A stretch of DNA of 64,000 bases from Pseudomonas aeruginosa PAO1 (lineage in GTDB: Bacteria; Pseudomonadota; Gammaproteobacteria; Pseudomonadales; Pseudomonadaceae), in NCBI RefSeq assembly GCF_000006765.1, contig NC_002516.2. One strand, given 5' to 3'. The position numbers were made by a program, and so were the translations under genes. Of the stretch, positions 18,488 through 27,679 are shown piece after piece (position 1 is the first letter of the stretch; each line of letters opens with the position of its first letter). The notes beneath the pieces are model-generated. The model did not search any database. It saw only the letters and a list, made by a program, of their open reading frames with translations, and was not told where the DNA came from.

Positions 18488-19291
18488 TCAGTCGCGTTGC
18501 AGCCAATCGTAGCGCACCGCCACGCTGACTTCGAAGGGTTCGGCCAGGATTCGCGCGCGGCGCTCGGGGTTGACCCGCCAGCCGTGCGGGGTCATGGCCA
18601 GGAGGTTTTCCCGCGCGTCGTAGCTGTCCAGCGCCAGGCGGAACTCGAGGGTCTCGGTGTGGCGCAGGCGCAGTTGCGCGGGCAGGCCGGCGAGGTGCTT
18701 GTCGTCGGCGTAGTCGCGCACGTCGTCATAGAGCCGCTGGCGCAGTTCCAGCAGGTGCGCGCTGGCCGGGCCCAGGCGCAGTACGCCGCCGCCGGGGGAG
18801 AGGATGCGCACGGCTTCGTTCCAGTCGATCGGGCTGAACACGCTGGCGATCAGCTCGCAACTGGCGTCGGCCAGCGGCAGCCGGGCCATGCTCGCCACCA
18901 GCCAGGACAACTGCGGCGCGCGGCGGCAGGCGCGTTTCACCGCCTCGCGGGAGATATCCAGGGCATAGCCTTCGGCGCCGGCCAGGGCTTCGCCGAGCCG
19001 GGCGCTGTAGTAGCCCTCGCCGCAACCGATATCCAGCCAGCGTCGCGGCGCGCGTTCGGCGGCCAGTTCGGCCAGGCGCCGGGCCAGCGGCGCGTAGTGG
19101 CCGGCGCCGAGGAACTGGCGACGGGCCTCGACCATGGCGGCGTTGTCGCCCGGATCGAGGCTTTTCTTGTGCTGCACCGGCAGCAGGTTCAGGTAGCCCT
19201 GGCGGGCGCGGTCGAAGCGGTGCCCGGCGGGGCAGGCGACGCCGTTGTCGACCTCGCCCAGGGCGGCGGAGCAGAGCGGGCAGATCAGCAT
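18488..19291 (-). CDS. rlmA: 23S rRNA m1G745 methyltransferase (RlmA/RrmA family)
   Basis: MLICPLC...CPAGHRFDRARQGYLNLL zinc site and LDIGCGEGYY SAM motif; start overlaps the dapE stop. Confidence 0.88.
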   Translation of the reverse strand: MLICPLCSAALGEVDNGVACPAGHRFDRARQGYLNLLPVQHKKSLDPGDNAAMVEARRQFLGAGHYAPLARRLAELAAERAPRRWLDIGCGEGYYSARLGEALAGAEGYALDISREAVKRACRRAPQLSWLVASMARLPLADASCELIASVFSPIDWNEAVRILSPGGGVLRLGPASAHLLELRQRLYDDVRDYADDKHLAGLPAQLRLRHTETLEFRLALDSYDARENLLAMTPHGWRVNPERRARILAEPFEVSVAVRYDWLQRD

Positions 19292-20442
19292 CAGGCGAGC
19301 AGCCTCACCAGGGTCTGGTAGTAGATTTCGGTGAGCAGTTCCAGGTCGCTGGCCAGGACCCGCTCGTTGACCTGGTGGATGGTGGCGTTGACCGGGCCGA
19401 GTTCGACCACCTGGGTGCCCATGGTGGCGATGAAGCGTCCGTCGGAGGTGCCGCCGCTGGTCGAGGGCTGGGTCTCGCGACCGGTGACCGCCCTGATGCT
19501 GGCGGCCACCGCATCGAGCAGTTCGCCCGGCTCGGTGAGGAACGGCAGGCCGGACAGCGCCCATTCGACGTGCCAGTCCAGGCCGTGCTTGTCGAGGATC
19601 GCCTCGACGCGTTTCTGCAGGCCTTCGACGGTGGATTCGGTGGAGAAGCGGAAGTTGAACAGCGCGGTCAGTTCGCCGGGGATGACGTTGGTGGCGCCGG
19701 TGCCGGAGTTCAGGTTGGAAACCTGGAAGCTGGTCGGCGGGAAGAAGGCATTGCCGTCGTCCCAGTGTTCCGCCGCCAGTTCGGCCAGCGCCGGGGCGGC
19801 CAGGTGGATCGGGTTCTTCGCCAGGTGCGGGTAGGCCACATGGCCCTGTACGCCGCGGATGGTCAGCTTGGCGCCGAGGGAGCCGCGGCGGCCGTTCTTC
19901 ACCACGTCGCCGACCAGGCTGGTGCTCGACGGTTCGCCGACGATGCACCAGTCCAGGCGCTCGCCGCGTGCGGCGAGGCGTTCGACCACCGCCTTGGTGC
20001 CGTGGTGGGCCGGGCCTTCCTCGTCGCTGGTGATGAGGAAGGCGATGGCACCCTTGTGCTCCGGGTGGTCGGCGACGAAGCGCTCGACGGCGACGATCAT
20101 CGACGCCAGGCTGCCTTTCATGTCCGCCGCGCCGCGCCCGCAGAGCATGCCCTGGTCGTCGATCAGGGCGTCGAAGGGTTGGTGCTGCCAGGCCTGCAGC
20201 GGGCCGGTGGGGACCACGTCGGTGTGCCCGGCGAAGCACAGCACCGGGCCGTCGCCGCCGCGCCGTGCCCAGAAGTTGTCCACCTCCTCGATGCGCATCG
20301 GCTCCAGGGCGAAGCCGGCGGCTTCCAGGCGGCGCATCATCAGGGCCTGGCAGTCGGCGTCGAGCGGCGTGACGGAGGGGCGGCGGATCAACTCGCAGGC
20401 GAGTTCGAGGGTCGGCGAGAGACTCGGCGAAGAGGCGGTCAT
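19291..20442 (-). CDS. dapE: Succinyl-diaminopimelate desuccinylase
   Basis: [30 protein letters not shown] and TIHQVNE motifs. Confidence 0.97.
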
Positions 20443-20556
20443 GGGGAGGGCATCCTGAGCGGGTCGAGCGGAAAGGGGGAATCTTAAAGCATAAACGTGG
20501 GCGAAGGGACGCCGTTTAGGCGAGCGGGGCCGGCCGTCCCGACGCCTCGCCCGACC

Positions 20557-23166
20557 TCAACCGCCGATCTGCTCGGCGCCGCCGGCCAGTTCCTCGCGCG
20601 GTTTCGGCAGCGACGAGAGCAAGGCCATGACCAGCGCCGCCAGGTAGGGCAGCGATTGCACCAGGAGCATGGCGACCCAGATCAGCAGGTCGCGGCTCGG
20701 CACGCCCTGAACCGCCACGATGCCGGCCGCCGCGCCCCACAGCAGGAGCATCACGAAGACTTCCTCGCGGGCCTCCGCCAGGGCCACCAGCAGGCCGTGG
20801 CTGGAGCGCATCTTCGGCGTGCGGAAGAACGGGATGCCGCGGGTGACGAAGCCGTACAGCACCGCCTTGGCAATGGTGTGCGAGAGCGACAGGCCGGCGA
20901 GGGCGGCGAAGAACGAGTCGCGCAGGTCGACGCCGACGGTGCGCCGGTAGAGGAAGAGGATCTTGCCGACCTTGAAGACGAACAGGGCCAGCGGCAGGAT
21001 CGCGAAGATCAGCAGCGGCGGGTCGACGCGCTTGGGCACGATGATCATCGCCGCCGACCAGAGCAGCGCGCCGAGGGTGAAGAAGATGTTCAGGCCGTCG
21101 GCGATCCACGGCAGCCAGCCGGCCACGAAGTGGTAGCGCTGGCCGCGGGTCAGGCGGCTGCCGTCGGGACCGCGGCCGCGCAGCAGGGCGTCGGTATGCC
21201 GCTTCATGATCTGGATCGCGCCGTAGGCCCAGCGGAAGCGCTGCTTCTTGAAATCGATGAAGGTATCGGGCATCACCCCCTTGCCGTAGCTGCGCTCGAA
21301 GTAGGCGGCCGACAGGCCCTTCTCGAACACCCGCAGGCCCAGCTCGGCGTCCTCGGTGATGCACCATTCCGGCCATCTCAGCTCGTCCAGCACGCTGCGC
21401 CGGATCATGGTCATGGTGCCGTGCTCGATGATCGCGTCGCGGTCGTTGCGGGTGACCATGCCGATGTGGAAGAAGCCCTTGTACTCGGCGTAGCAGAGCC
21501 GCTTGAAGGCGCTCTCGTGCTGGTCGCGGTAGTCCTGCGGCGACTGCACCACGGCGATCCGCGGGTCGCCGAAGTGCGGCACCATGTGCCTGAGCCAGTC
21601 GGGGTCGACGCAGTAGTCGGCGTCGATCACCGCGACCACCTCGACGTCCGCCGCCACGTGGCCCAGGGCGAAGTTCAGCGCGCCGGCCTTGAAGCCTTCC
21701 AGCGGGGCAACGTGGAAGAAGCGGAAGCGCTCGCCCAGGCGCGCGCAGTGCGCCTCGACCGGCTGCCAGACGGCCGGGTCGCGGGTGTTGTTGTCGATCA
21801 CCAGGACTTCGTAGTCCGGGTAGTCGAGGCGGGCAAGGGCGTCGAGGGTCTGCTTCAGCAGTTCCGGCGGCTCGTTGTAGCAGGGCACGTGGATCGACAC
21901 CTTGGGCCGATAGGCCCGCGCGGCGGTGATCGGCAGGAATGGCCGGCGCCGCTTGCGCGTCCAGACCGCCTCGGCCAGCTCGTGGGCCTCGGTGAACAGC
22001 ACGATGACCACCCCTAGCGCGCCGACGCCCAGCAACGCGCCGACGGTCAGGCTGAACCAGGTGCTGTACTGCTGGCTGTAGTCGTAGGCGATCCACACCA
22101 GCACCGAGGCGCAGGCGAACGAGACCACGGCGAGGAAGGTCCTCCCGCGCTGGCGCAGCGAGGAACTGTCGATCAGCAGCAGGGTGAAGGCGAGTACCGC
22201 GAGTACCGCCGAGGCGATGGCCAGGGCGCGCCACTTGGGAATCGGCACCACCGGCCCGGTGAAGTTGAACTTGGCCTTGCGGTCGGCGTTGTAGACGCCC
22301 CAGTAGGCGCCCACCGAGCCTTCGGCGCTGACCTTCCAGGGCTGGTCGAAGGCTTCGATGACGAAGTAGCTGTAGCCTTCGCCGTTGAGCGCGTTGGTCA
22401 GGCGCCGCAGGTAGATGGCCTGGTCCGCGGGTGTCGCCTCGGCGCTGCCGCGCATGCGCCCGTTGCTCGGCCAGCCGACCTCGGCGAGCAGCAGCGGCTT
22501 CCTCGGGAAGGCGGCCTTGAGTTCGCGCGCGCGTTCGAGCACGAAGTCCACCGCGTCGGCCACCGGCGTGGCCTCCCAGTAGGGCAGGACGTGGGCGGCG
22601 ATCAGGTCGACGTGTTGCGCCAGTTCCGGGTGTTCGCGGTAGACGTGCCACTGTTCGGCGGTGGTCACCGGAACCTTGACCGCCGCGCGGACCCGGTCGA
22701 GGTAGGCGATCAACTGTTCCGCCGTCACCTCGCGGCGGAACAGCGCCTCGTTGCCGACTATCACTCGCACCACGCTCGGCGACTCGTTGGCGATGCGGAT
22801 GGCGCGGGCGATCTCGGCCTCGTTGCTGGCCAGGTCCGGGCCGAGCCAGATGCCCAGGCTGACGCGCAGGCCGAACGCCTCGGCCAGCGCCGGGATGTCG
22901 CCGAGCGCGCCCTGGACCGAATAGGTGCGGATGCTGTGGGTGTGCCGGGCGACCAGTTCCAGGTCGGTGCGCATCTGTTCGGCGCTGGGGTAGCGGCCGC
23001 TCTGCGGGTTCTGGTTGAGGCGGAACGGCGAGAAGGAGAAGCCGGAGATGCGTTCCGGCCAGTCCGGTACGCTGACCGGACGGTTGTACAGGGCCCAGAT
23101 GCCGGTGAAGAGGGCGGCCAGGGCGACGATGACCACCAGGTTGAGCCCGATCTTGCGTGAAGACAT
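20557..23166 (-). CDS. ndvB: Cyclic beta-1,3-glucan synthase (GH17 + GT2)
   Basis: 869 aa; N-terminal GH17 domain (EVGWPS, FDQPWK), GT2 domain (VPCYNEP, QRFRW) and TM helices. Confidence 0.92.
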   Translation of the reverse strand: MSSRKIGLNLVVIVALAALFTGIWALYNRPVSVPDWPERISGFSFSPFRLNQNPQSGRYPSAEQMRTDLELVARHTHSIRTYSVQGALGDIPALAEAFGLRVSLGIWLGPDLASNEAEIARAIRIANESPSVVRVIVGNEALFRREVTAEQLIAYLDRVRAAVKVPVTTAEQWHVYREHPELAQHVDLIAAHVLPYWEATPVADAVDFVLERARELKAAFPRKPLLLAEVGWPSNGRMRGSAEATPADQAIYLRRLTNALNGEGYSYFVIEAFDQPWKVSAEGSVGAYWGVYNADRKAKFNFTGPVVPIPKWRALAIASAVLAVLAFTLLLIDSSSLRQRGRTFLAVVSFACASVLVWIAYDYSQQYSTWFSLTVGALLGVGALGVVIVLFTEAHELAEAVWTRKRRRPFLPITAARAYRPKVSIHVPCYNEPPELLKQTLDALARLDYPDYEVLVIDNNTRDPAVWQPVEAHCARLGERFRFFHVAPLEGFKAGALNFALGHVAADVEVVAVIDADYCVDPDWLRHMVPHFGDPRIAVVQSPQDYRDQHESAFKRLCYAEYKGFFHIGMVTRNDRDAIIEHGTMTMIRRSVLDELRWPEWCITEDAELGLRVFEKGLSAAYFERSYGKGVMPDTFIDFKKQRFRWAYGAIQIMKRHTDALLRGRGPDGSRLTRGQRYHFVAGWLPWIADGLNIFFTLGALLWSAAMIIVPKRVDPPLLIFAILPLALFVFKVGKILFLYRRTVGVDLRDSFFAALAGLSLSHTIAKAVLYGFVTRGIPFFRTPKMRSSHGLLVALAEAREEVFVMLLLWGAAAGIVAVQGVPSRDLLIWVAMLLVQSLPYLAALVMALLSSLPKPREELAGGAEQIGG

Positions 23167-23377
23167 AGAGATGAAACCAGGTTCCGGATGTTTCGCTGAA
23201 CACGGGGCGGCGCATGCTACCCCGCACCCCCCGGGGTGTACAGGCGCCGGGCCGGCGGGTCTGTTGCAAGTCTAGTCCGGCCTGCGCGACGAGCCGTAAG
23301 AACGCAGGCGACGCGGCGGCCGCGGCTTTTTATAATGCGCGCGGCAATCCGCGATTCGGTTTCAGAGGTGGTTGGTG

Positions 23378-24190
23378 ATGCAGGTGGATGAACAGCGCTT
23401 CGGCGGTATCGGCCGGTTGTACGGTCGCGAGGGGCTGCAACGCCTGGCCGATAGCCACGTCGCGGTGGTCGGCATCGGCGGGGTCGGTTCCTGGGCGGCG
23501 GAAGCGCTGGCCCGCAGCGGCGTCGGCGAGATTTCCCTGTTCGACCTCGACGATGTCTGCGTGACCAACACCAACCGCCAGGTGCATGCCATCGAAGGCT
23601 CGGTGGGCAAGGCCAAGGTCGAGGTGATGGCGGCGCGCATCCTGGCCATCAACCCGGCCTGCCGGGTCCACGCGGTGGCCGATTTCGTCACCCGCGAGAC
23701 CATGGCCGAGTACATCGTCGACTTCGACTACCTGATCGACTGCATCGATAGCGTGGCCGCCAAGGCCGCGCTGATCGCCTGGTGCAAGCGGCGCAAGATC
23801 CCGGTGATCACCACCGGCGGCGCCGGTGGCCAGGTCGACCCGACGCAGATCCAGGTCGCCGACCTGAACAAGACCTTCAACGACCCGCTGGCGGCCAAGG
23901 TGCGTTCCACCCTGCGCCGCGACTACAACTTCTCGCGCACGCCGGGGCGCACCTACAGCGTGCCCTGCGTGTTCTCCAGCGAACAACTGCGCTACCCGAA
24001 GCCGGACGGCACGGTGTGCCAGTCGAAGAGTTTCGTCGGCGAAGGGGTGAAGCTGGACTGCGCCGGCGGCTTCGGCGCGGTGATGATGGTCACCGCCACC
24101 TTCGGCATGGTCGCCGCCGCCCGCGCCGTCGAGCGCCTGGCGGAAGGCCGCGCGCTGCGGCCGTCGCGGCGCACGCCGGGGAACGCCTGA
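23378..24190 (+). CDS. tcdA: tRNA threonylcarbamoyladenosine dehydratase (E1-like)
   Basis: VVGIGGVGSWAAEALARSGVG, DLDDVCVTNTNRQ and CVFSSEQ; the start could instead be 23372 or 23375. Confidence 0.88.
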   Translation: MQVDEQRFGGIGRLYGREGLQRLADSHVAVVGIGGVGSWAAEALARSGVGEISLFDLDDVCVTNTNRQVHAIEGSVGKAKVEVMAARILAINPACRVHAVADFVTRETMAEYIVDFDYLIDCIDSVAAKAALIAWCKRRKIPVITTGGAGGQVDPTQIQVADLNKTFNDPLAAKVRSTLRRDYNFSRTPGRTYSVPCVFSSEQLRYPKPDGTVCQSKSFVGEGVKLDCAGGFGAVMMVTATFGMVAAARAVERLAEGRALRPSRRTPGNA

Positions 24191-24919
24191 TCAGGCGCCG
24201 ACCGCCACCAGGCTGAGCAGGCGTCCGTCGAGCACGGCGAACTGGGCGTCCAGCTCGCTGCCGTGGCGCCACTCCGGCGACAGGTCGGTGAGCAGGCGCA
24301 GCCGGGCCTGGCCGTCGGCGCGCCATTCCAGCAGTTCCGCATGTTCGAAATAGAAGCGCTTGCCCACCAGCGGATAGAGCGCCTTGAACAGGCTTTCCTT
24401 CAGCGAGAACGCCAGGGTCACCAGCAGGCCGGTGCGTCGCTCCAGGTCGTCGGCGAAGCGCAGGCGCTCGCCTTCGGTGAGTATCTCGCCATGCAGGTAG
24501 CGCGCCCGTTCGGCTTCGAGCAGGGTTTCCACGTCCAGGCCGAGCCCGCGCCAGTCGCCGCGCGCCGCCACCAGGGCGGCGGCCCAGCGGTCGCCATGGG
24601 TGATCGAGCCGCTGATCGCGGCCGGCCAGACCGGTGCGCGGTCCTCGCCGACGGCCGGCGTCTGGGCGCGGCCATCGAGGGCGAACAGGGCGGCGCGTGC
24701 GCAGAGGCGCCCGGCGAGAAACTCGGCCTGGCGCTTGGCCACCGCGCGGAGGATGTTCGCCGGCGGCTGGATGCCGGCCAGGGCGAAGTCGCCGGGTTGC
24801 AGCAGCGCCGGGTCGAAGCGGGTGCTGCGCAGTTGCACGCCGGGCAGCGCGACGGGCAGCGGCCAGCGGTCGTCCAGCGGGGTGCAGAAGGAGGGGAGAC
24901 GGTCGTTCATGGCGCGCAT
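24191..24919 (-). CDS. pcpS: 4'-phosphopantetheinyl transferase (Sfp/EntD type)
   Basis: KRQAEFLAGR, GSITH, GLDVE and FSLKESLFKA motifs. Confidence 0.95.
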   Translation of the reverse strand: MRAMNDRLPSFCTPLDDRWPLPVALPGVQLRSTRFDPALLQPGDFALAGIQPPANILRAVAKRQAEFLAGRLCARAALFALDGRAQTPAVGEDRAPVWPAAISGSITHGDRWAAALVAARGDWRGLGLDVETLLEAERARYLHGEILTEGERLRFADDLERRTGLLVTLAFSLKESLFKALYPLVGKRFYFEHAELLEWRADGQARLRLLTDLSPEWRHGSELDAQFAVLDGRLLSLVAVGA

Positions 24920-25097
24920 TGTGCCGGTTCCCGACGTGGCCCACCAGTCACGTGGCGCTTACACAAGATTGCAAAAGCGCAACAAAGGAAAACGGACCGC
25001 AAGGCCCGGTTTTGACAGACTGCGCCGCGCATTCCAGTGGAATGCAGGTGAGGTTGTTTGTTGATGACGGGATACTGTCCTGTCTCGACCTTTCAAG

Positions 25098-25129
25098 ACG
25101 GGAGTCCCTCCGGGGACTCCCGTTTTTTT
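25098..25129 (+). terminator. Strong intrinsic terminator with a plus-strand U-tract
   Basis: ACGGGAGTCCC-TCCG-GGGACTCCCGT followed by TTTTTT. Confidence 0.7.
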
Positions 25130-25146
25130 ATGCGTCGGCGCTGGGT

Positions 25147-25935
25147 TCAACCCTGCCCGAAGATGTCCTTGAGGAACGCCTGCAGGTCTGCCCAGGAGCG
25201 TCGGTCGGCCTGGCGGTCGTAGCCGATGTCCAGGCCGTGGCCCTTGTGCGCGTCGGCGTCGGGGTTGGTGAAGCCGTGTTTGGCGCCGTCCTGGATCACC
25301 ACCCGGTAGTCGGCGCCGGCGGCGCTCAGTTCCTGTTTCAGGGCGTCGAGGTCCTTGGCCGGGACCAGGCTGTCGGCACTGCCGTGCTCCACCAGGATCT
25401 TCGCCTTGACGCTGCCCTTGCTGGCCGGGGTGGCGGTGCCGAGGGCGCCGTGGAAGCTCGCCACGCCGGCCAGCGGCAGGCCCTGGCGGGCCATGTCGAG
25501 GACGATCTTGCCGCCGAAGCAGTAGCCGATCGCGGCGATCTGGCTGGGATCGGTCTGCGGTTGCCGCTTCAGCAGTTCCAGGCCGGCGAGGAAGCGCGCC
25601 TTGGCGGCGTCGGCATCCCGGGTCGCGGCCTGCATGAAGGCCATCGCGTCCTGCGGGTGCTCGGTGTGCTTGCCTTCGCCGTACATGTCGATGGCCAGGG
25701 CGCTGTAGCCGAGTTCGGCGAGGTCGCGGGCGCGGCGCTTGGCATAGTCGTTGAGCCCCCACCATTCGTGGACCACGATGACCCCAGGGCGGATCCCCGG
25801 CTTGCTGTCGTCGTAGGCGAAATAGCCGACCATGCGCGTGCCGTCGGCGCTCCGGTAGGGCATCTCGCGGGTCTGGATAGCGGCCTGGACGCTGGCGGCG
25901 CAGGCGATGAGCAGCAGGGCGCAGAGCAGGCGCAT
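25147..25935 (-). CDS. Dienelactone hydrolase family protein (exported)
   Basis: Signal peptide; HEWWGLN, IGYCFGG nucleophile elbow and HGFTNP. Confidence 0.9.
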   Translation of the reverse strand: MRLLCALLLIACAASVQAAIQTREMPYRSADGTRMVGYFAYDDSKPGIRPGVIVVHEWWGLNDYAKRRARDLAELGYSALAIDMYGEGKHTEHPQDAMAFMQAATRDADAAKARFLAGLELLKRQPQTDPSQIAAIGYCFGGKIVLDMARQGLPLAGVASFHGALGTATPASKGSVKAKILVEHGSADSLVPAKDLDALKQELSAAGADYRVVIQDGAKHGFTNPDADAHKGHGLDIGYDRQADRRSWADLQAFLKDIFGQG

Positions 25936-26110
25936 GGCATCTCTCCGTGAAAGGGTCCCCGATCAAGATAGACGCTTGTGCGCGGGACGCGGGGAAAACC
26001 CTCGGTGCCGGCCTTGCGCCGCTCAAACGCGGGCCATTCGGCCAGGCAAAGGGTGCGCCGCTCATCTACCCTATGGGCGAGTCCCTTCCCCTCGCTAGGA
26101 CACCGTCTGG

Positions 26111-26782
26111 ATGCCTGACCTGAGTACCTGGAACCTGACCATTCCCCAGGGCCGCCCGGCCATCACCATCTCCACCAGCCAATTGCAGCGCGACTACCGC
26201 AGCGACTATTTCCAGCGCACCGCCGACGGCATTCGCTTCTGGGTGCCGGTGAACGGCAGCCACACGCGCAACAGCGAGTTTCCGCGCAGCGAGTTGCGCG
26301 AGACCCTGTCCAGCGGCAGGCCCTACAACTGGCGTTACGCCAGGGCCGACAACTGGCTGGAGGCGACTCTGCGCATCGAGGCGGTGCCCTCGACCCGGCG
26401 CATGATCATCGGCCAGATCCACAGCGATGGCAGCAATAGCGGCCAGGCCGCGCCGCTGGTGAAGCTGCTCTACCAGTTGCGGCTCGACCAGGGGCGGGTC
26501 CAGGCGCTGGTCCGCGAGCGGCCGGACGACGGCGGGACCAGAGCCTACACACTGATGGACGGGATTCCTCTCGGCCAGCCGTTCAGCTACCGCATCGGCG
26601 TGTCTCGCAGCGGATTGCTCAGCGTGTCGGTGAATGGTAGCGCCCTGGAGCAGCAACTGGACCCGCAGTGGGCCTACCAGGGCCTTTATTTCAAGGCCGG
26701 ACTCTACCTGCAGGACAACCGCGGACCGTCCAGCGAGGGCGGGCGGGCGACATTCAGCGAGCTGCGCGTTAGCCATCAATGA
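26111..26782 (+). CDS. Polysaccharide lyase family 7 alginate lyase
   Basis: RSELRE, QIH and YFKAGLYLQ PL7 motifs. Confidence 0.93.
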   Translation: MPDLSTWNLTIPQGRPAITISTSQLQRDYRSDYFQRTADGIRFWVPVNGSHTRNSEFPRSELRETLSSGRPYNWRYARADNWLEATLRIEAVPSTRRMIIGQIHSDGSNSGQAAPLVKLLYQLRLDQGRVQALVRERPDDGGTRAYTLMDGIPLGQPFSYRIGVSRSGLLSVSVNGSALEQQLDPQWAYQGLYFKAGLYLQDNRGPSSEGGRATFSELRVSHQ

Positions 26783-26831
26783 GCGGTCGAGGCGTCTGCG
26801 CCGCGGACTTCGCGTTGTCGTGGCGCTTCGC

Positions 26832-26851
26832 AACTGCCAGATCTGGCAGGC
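26832..26851. promoter_or_regulatory. las/rhl box (LasR/RhlR site)
   Basis: AA-CTGCCAGATCTGGCAG-GC: a perfect 16-bp CT-N12-AG palindrome nearly identical to lasB OP1 (ACCTGCCAGTTCTGGCAGGT, recalled). Confidence 0.75.
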
Positions 26852-27281
26852 GCGGAAGAAGGAAAACCTGGCCCGGAAAAAAATATCCGTATTTTTCCAA
26901 GGGGAAATAGGCCGCGCGATCTGGCGATTCTGGTACTTCAGTACAGGGAACCGCCTTGGCGTATCGTCCCGAATAAATGTGACGTTTTGCGCAGCGCCCT
27001 TCCGGGTTTGCACGATTGGTATAGCCCTGGCTGGATGAAATTCACTCTTGCCGCTGGCCAGCGTAGTTCTTTGCAAGTCAAAAGTTCGCCGTCAATAATT
27101 ATTGTGGATAACTATTGTTCCAGGCTTTTCCTGTCAACTGTGCGAAGCGTCAGCTTATTGCCGGTTTTTTCTCTCGCTATTGCTTTCTCCACGTTCCGAA
27201 GAAGTTCGGGCGTGCAGGTTTCTTTGCTGTTTTCAGCGAGAACCATTCGTTTCAACAATTCGAATATGTGGAGATTCAGAA

Positions 27282-27602
27282 ATGAAAAATCAGGTGAATG
27301 CCCTGGCGGTTCTAAGTGTGGGTGAAATCGAACAAGTTTCTGGCGCCGGGACTTTCCTGGGCGATGCCATCATCAACGGCGTCTACGCGGCCAACTCCTT
27401 CCTGAACTCGCCGCTGTTCTCCAGCATCGGCAACGCGGCCAGCGCCATCGGCCTCAACCGTACCCACGAGCTGGTCGACCTGCTGGCCTTCCAGGTGCCT
27501 TCGGTGGCGGCGATCACCGTCGGCAAGATTCTCGGCGGGACCGACAACCACAATGTTCCGTTGCATTACAACAAGGAAAGCGGCGAAGGGCTTTACAGCT
27601 GA
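27282..27602 (+). CDS. Small protein with a double-glycine-type leader (bacteriocin/microcin-like precursor)
   Basis: 106 aa from ATG 27282 (GGAGA RBS): MKNQVNALAVLSVGEIEQVSGA|GTFLGDAIING...; Gly/Ala-rich hydrophobic mature part. Confidence 0.75.
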   Translation: MKNQVNALAVLSVGEIEQVSGAGTFLGDAIINGVYAANSFLNSPLFSSIGNAASAIGLNRTHELVDLLAFQVPSVAAITVGKILGGTDNHNVPLHYNKESGEGLYS

Positions 27603-27679
27603 TCGCAACCTGTTGAAAGAGCGATTCGATGCTCAGGCATCGAGTCGTTCCTGGTTAATGCATTGATGGAGTCGATGAT

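Noticed and set aside
27102-27281. N-terminal extension of the small ORF upstream of loxA (166-aa version)
   Set aside because: No RBS or coherent sequence; ATG 27282 has a GGAGA RBS and places the leader motif at the N-terminus.
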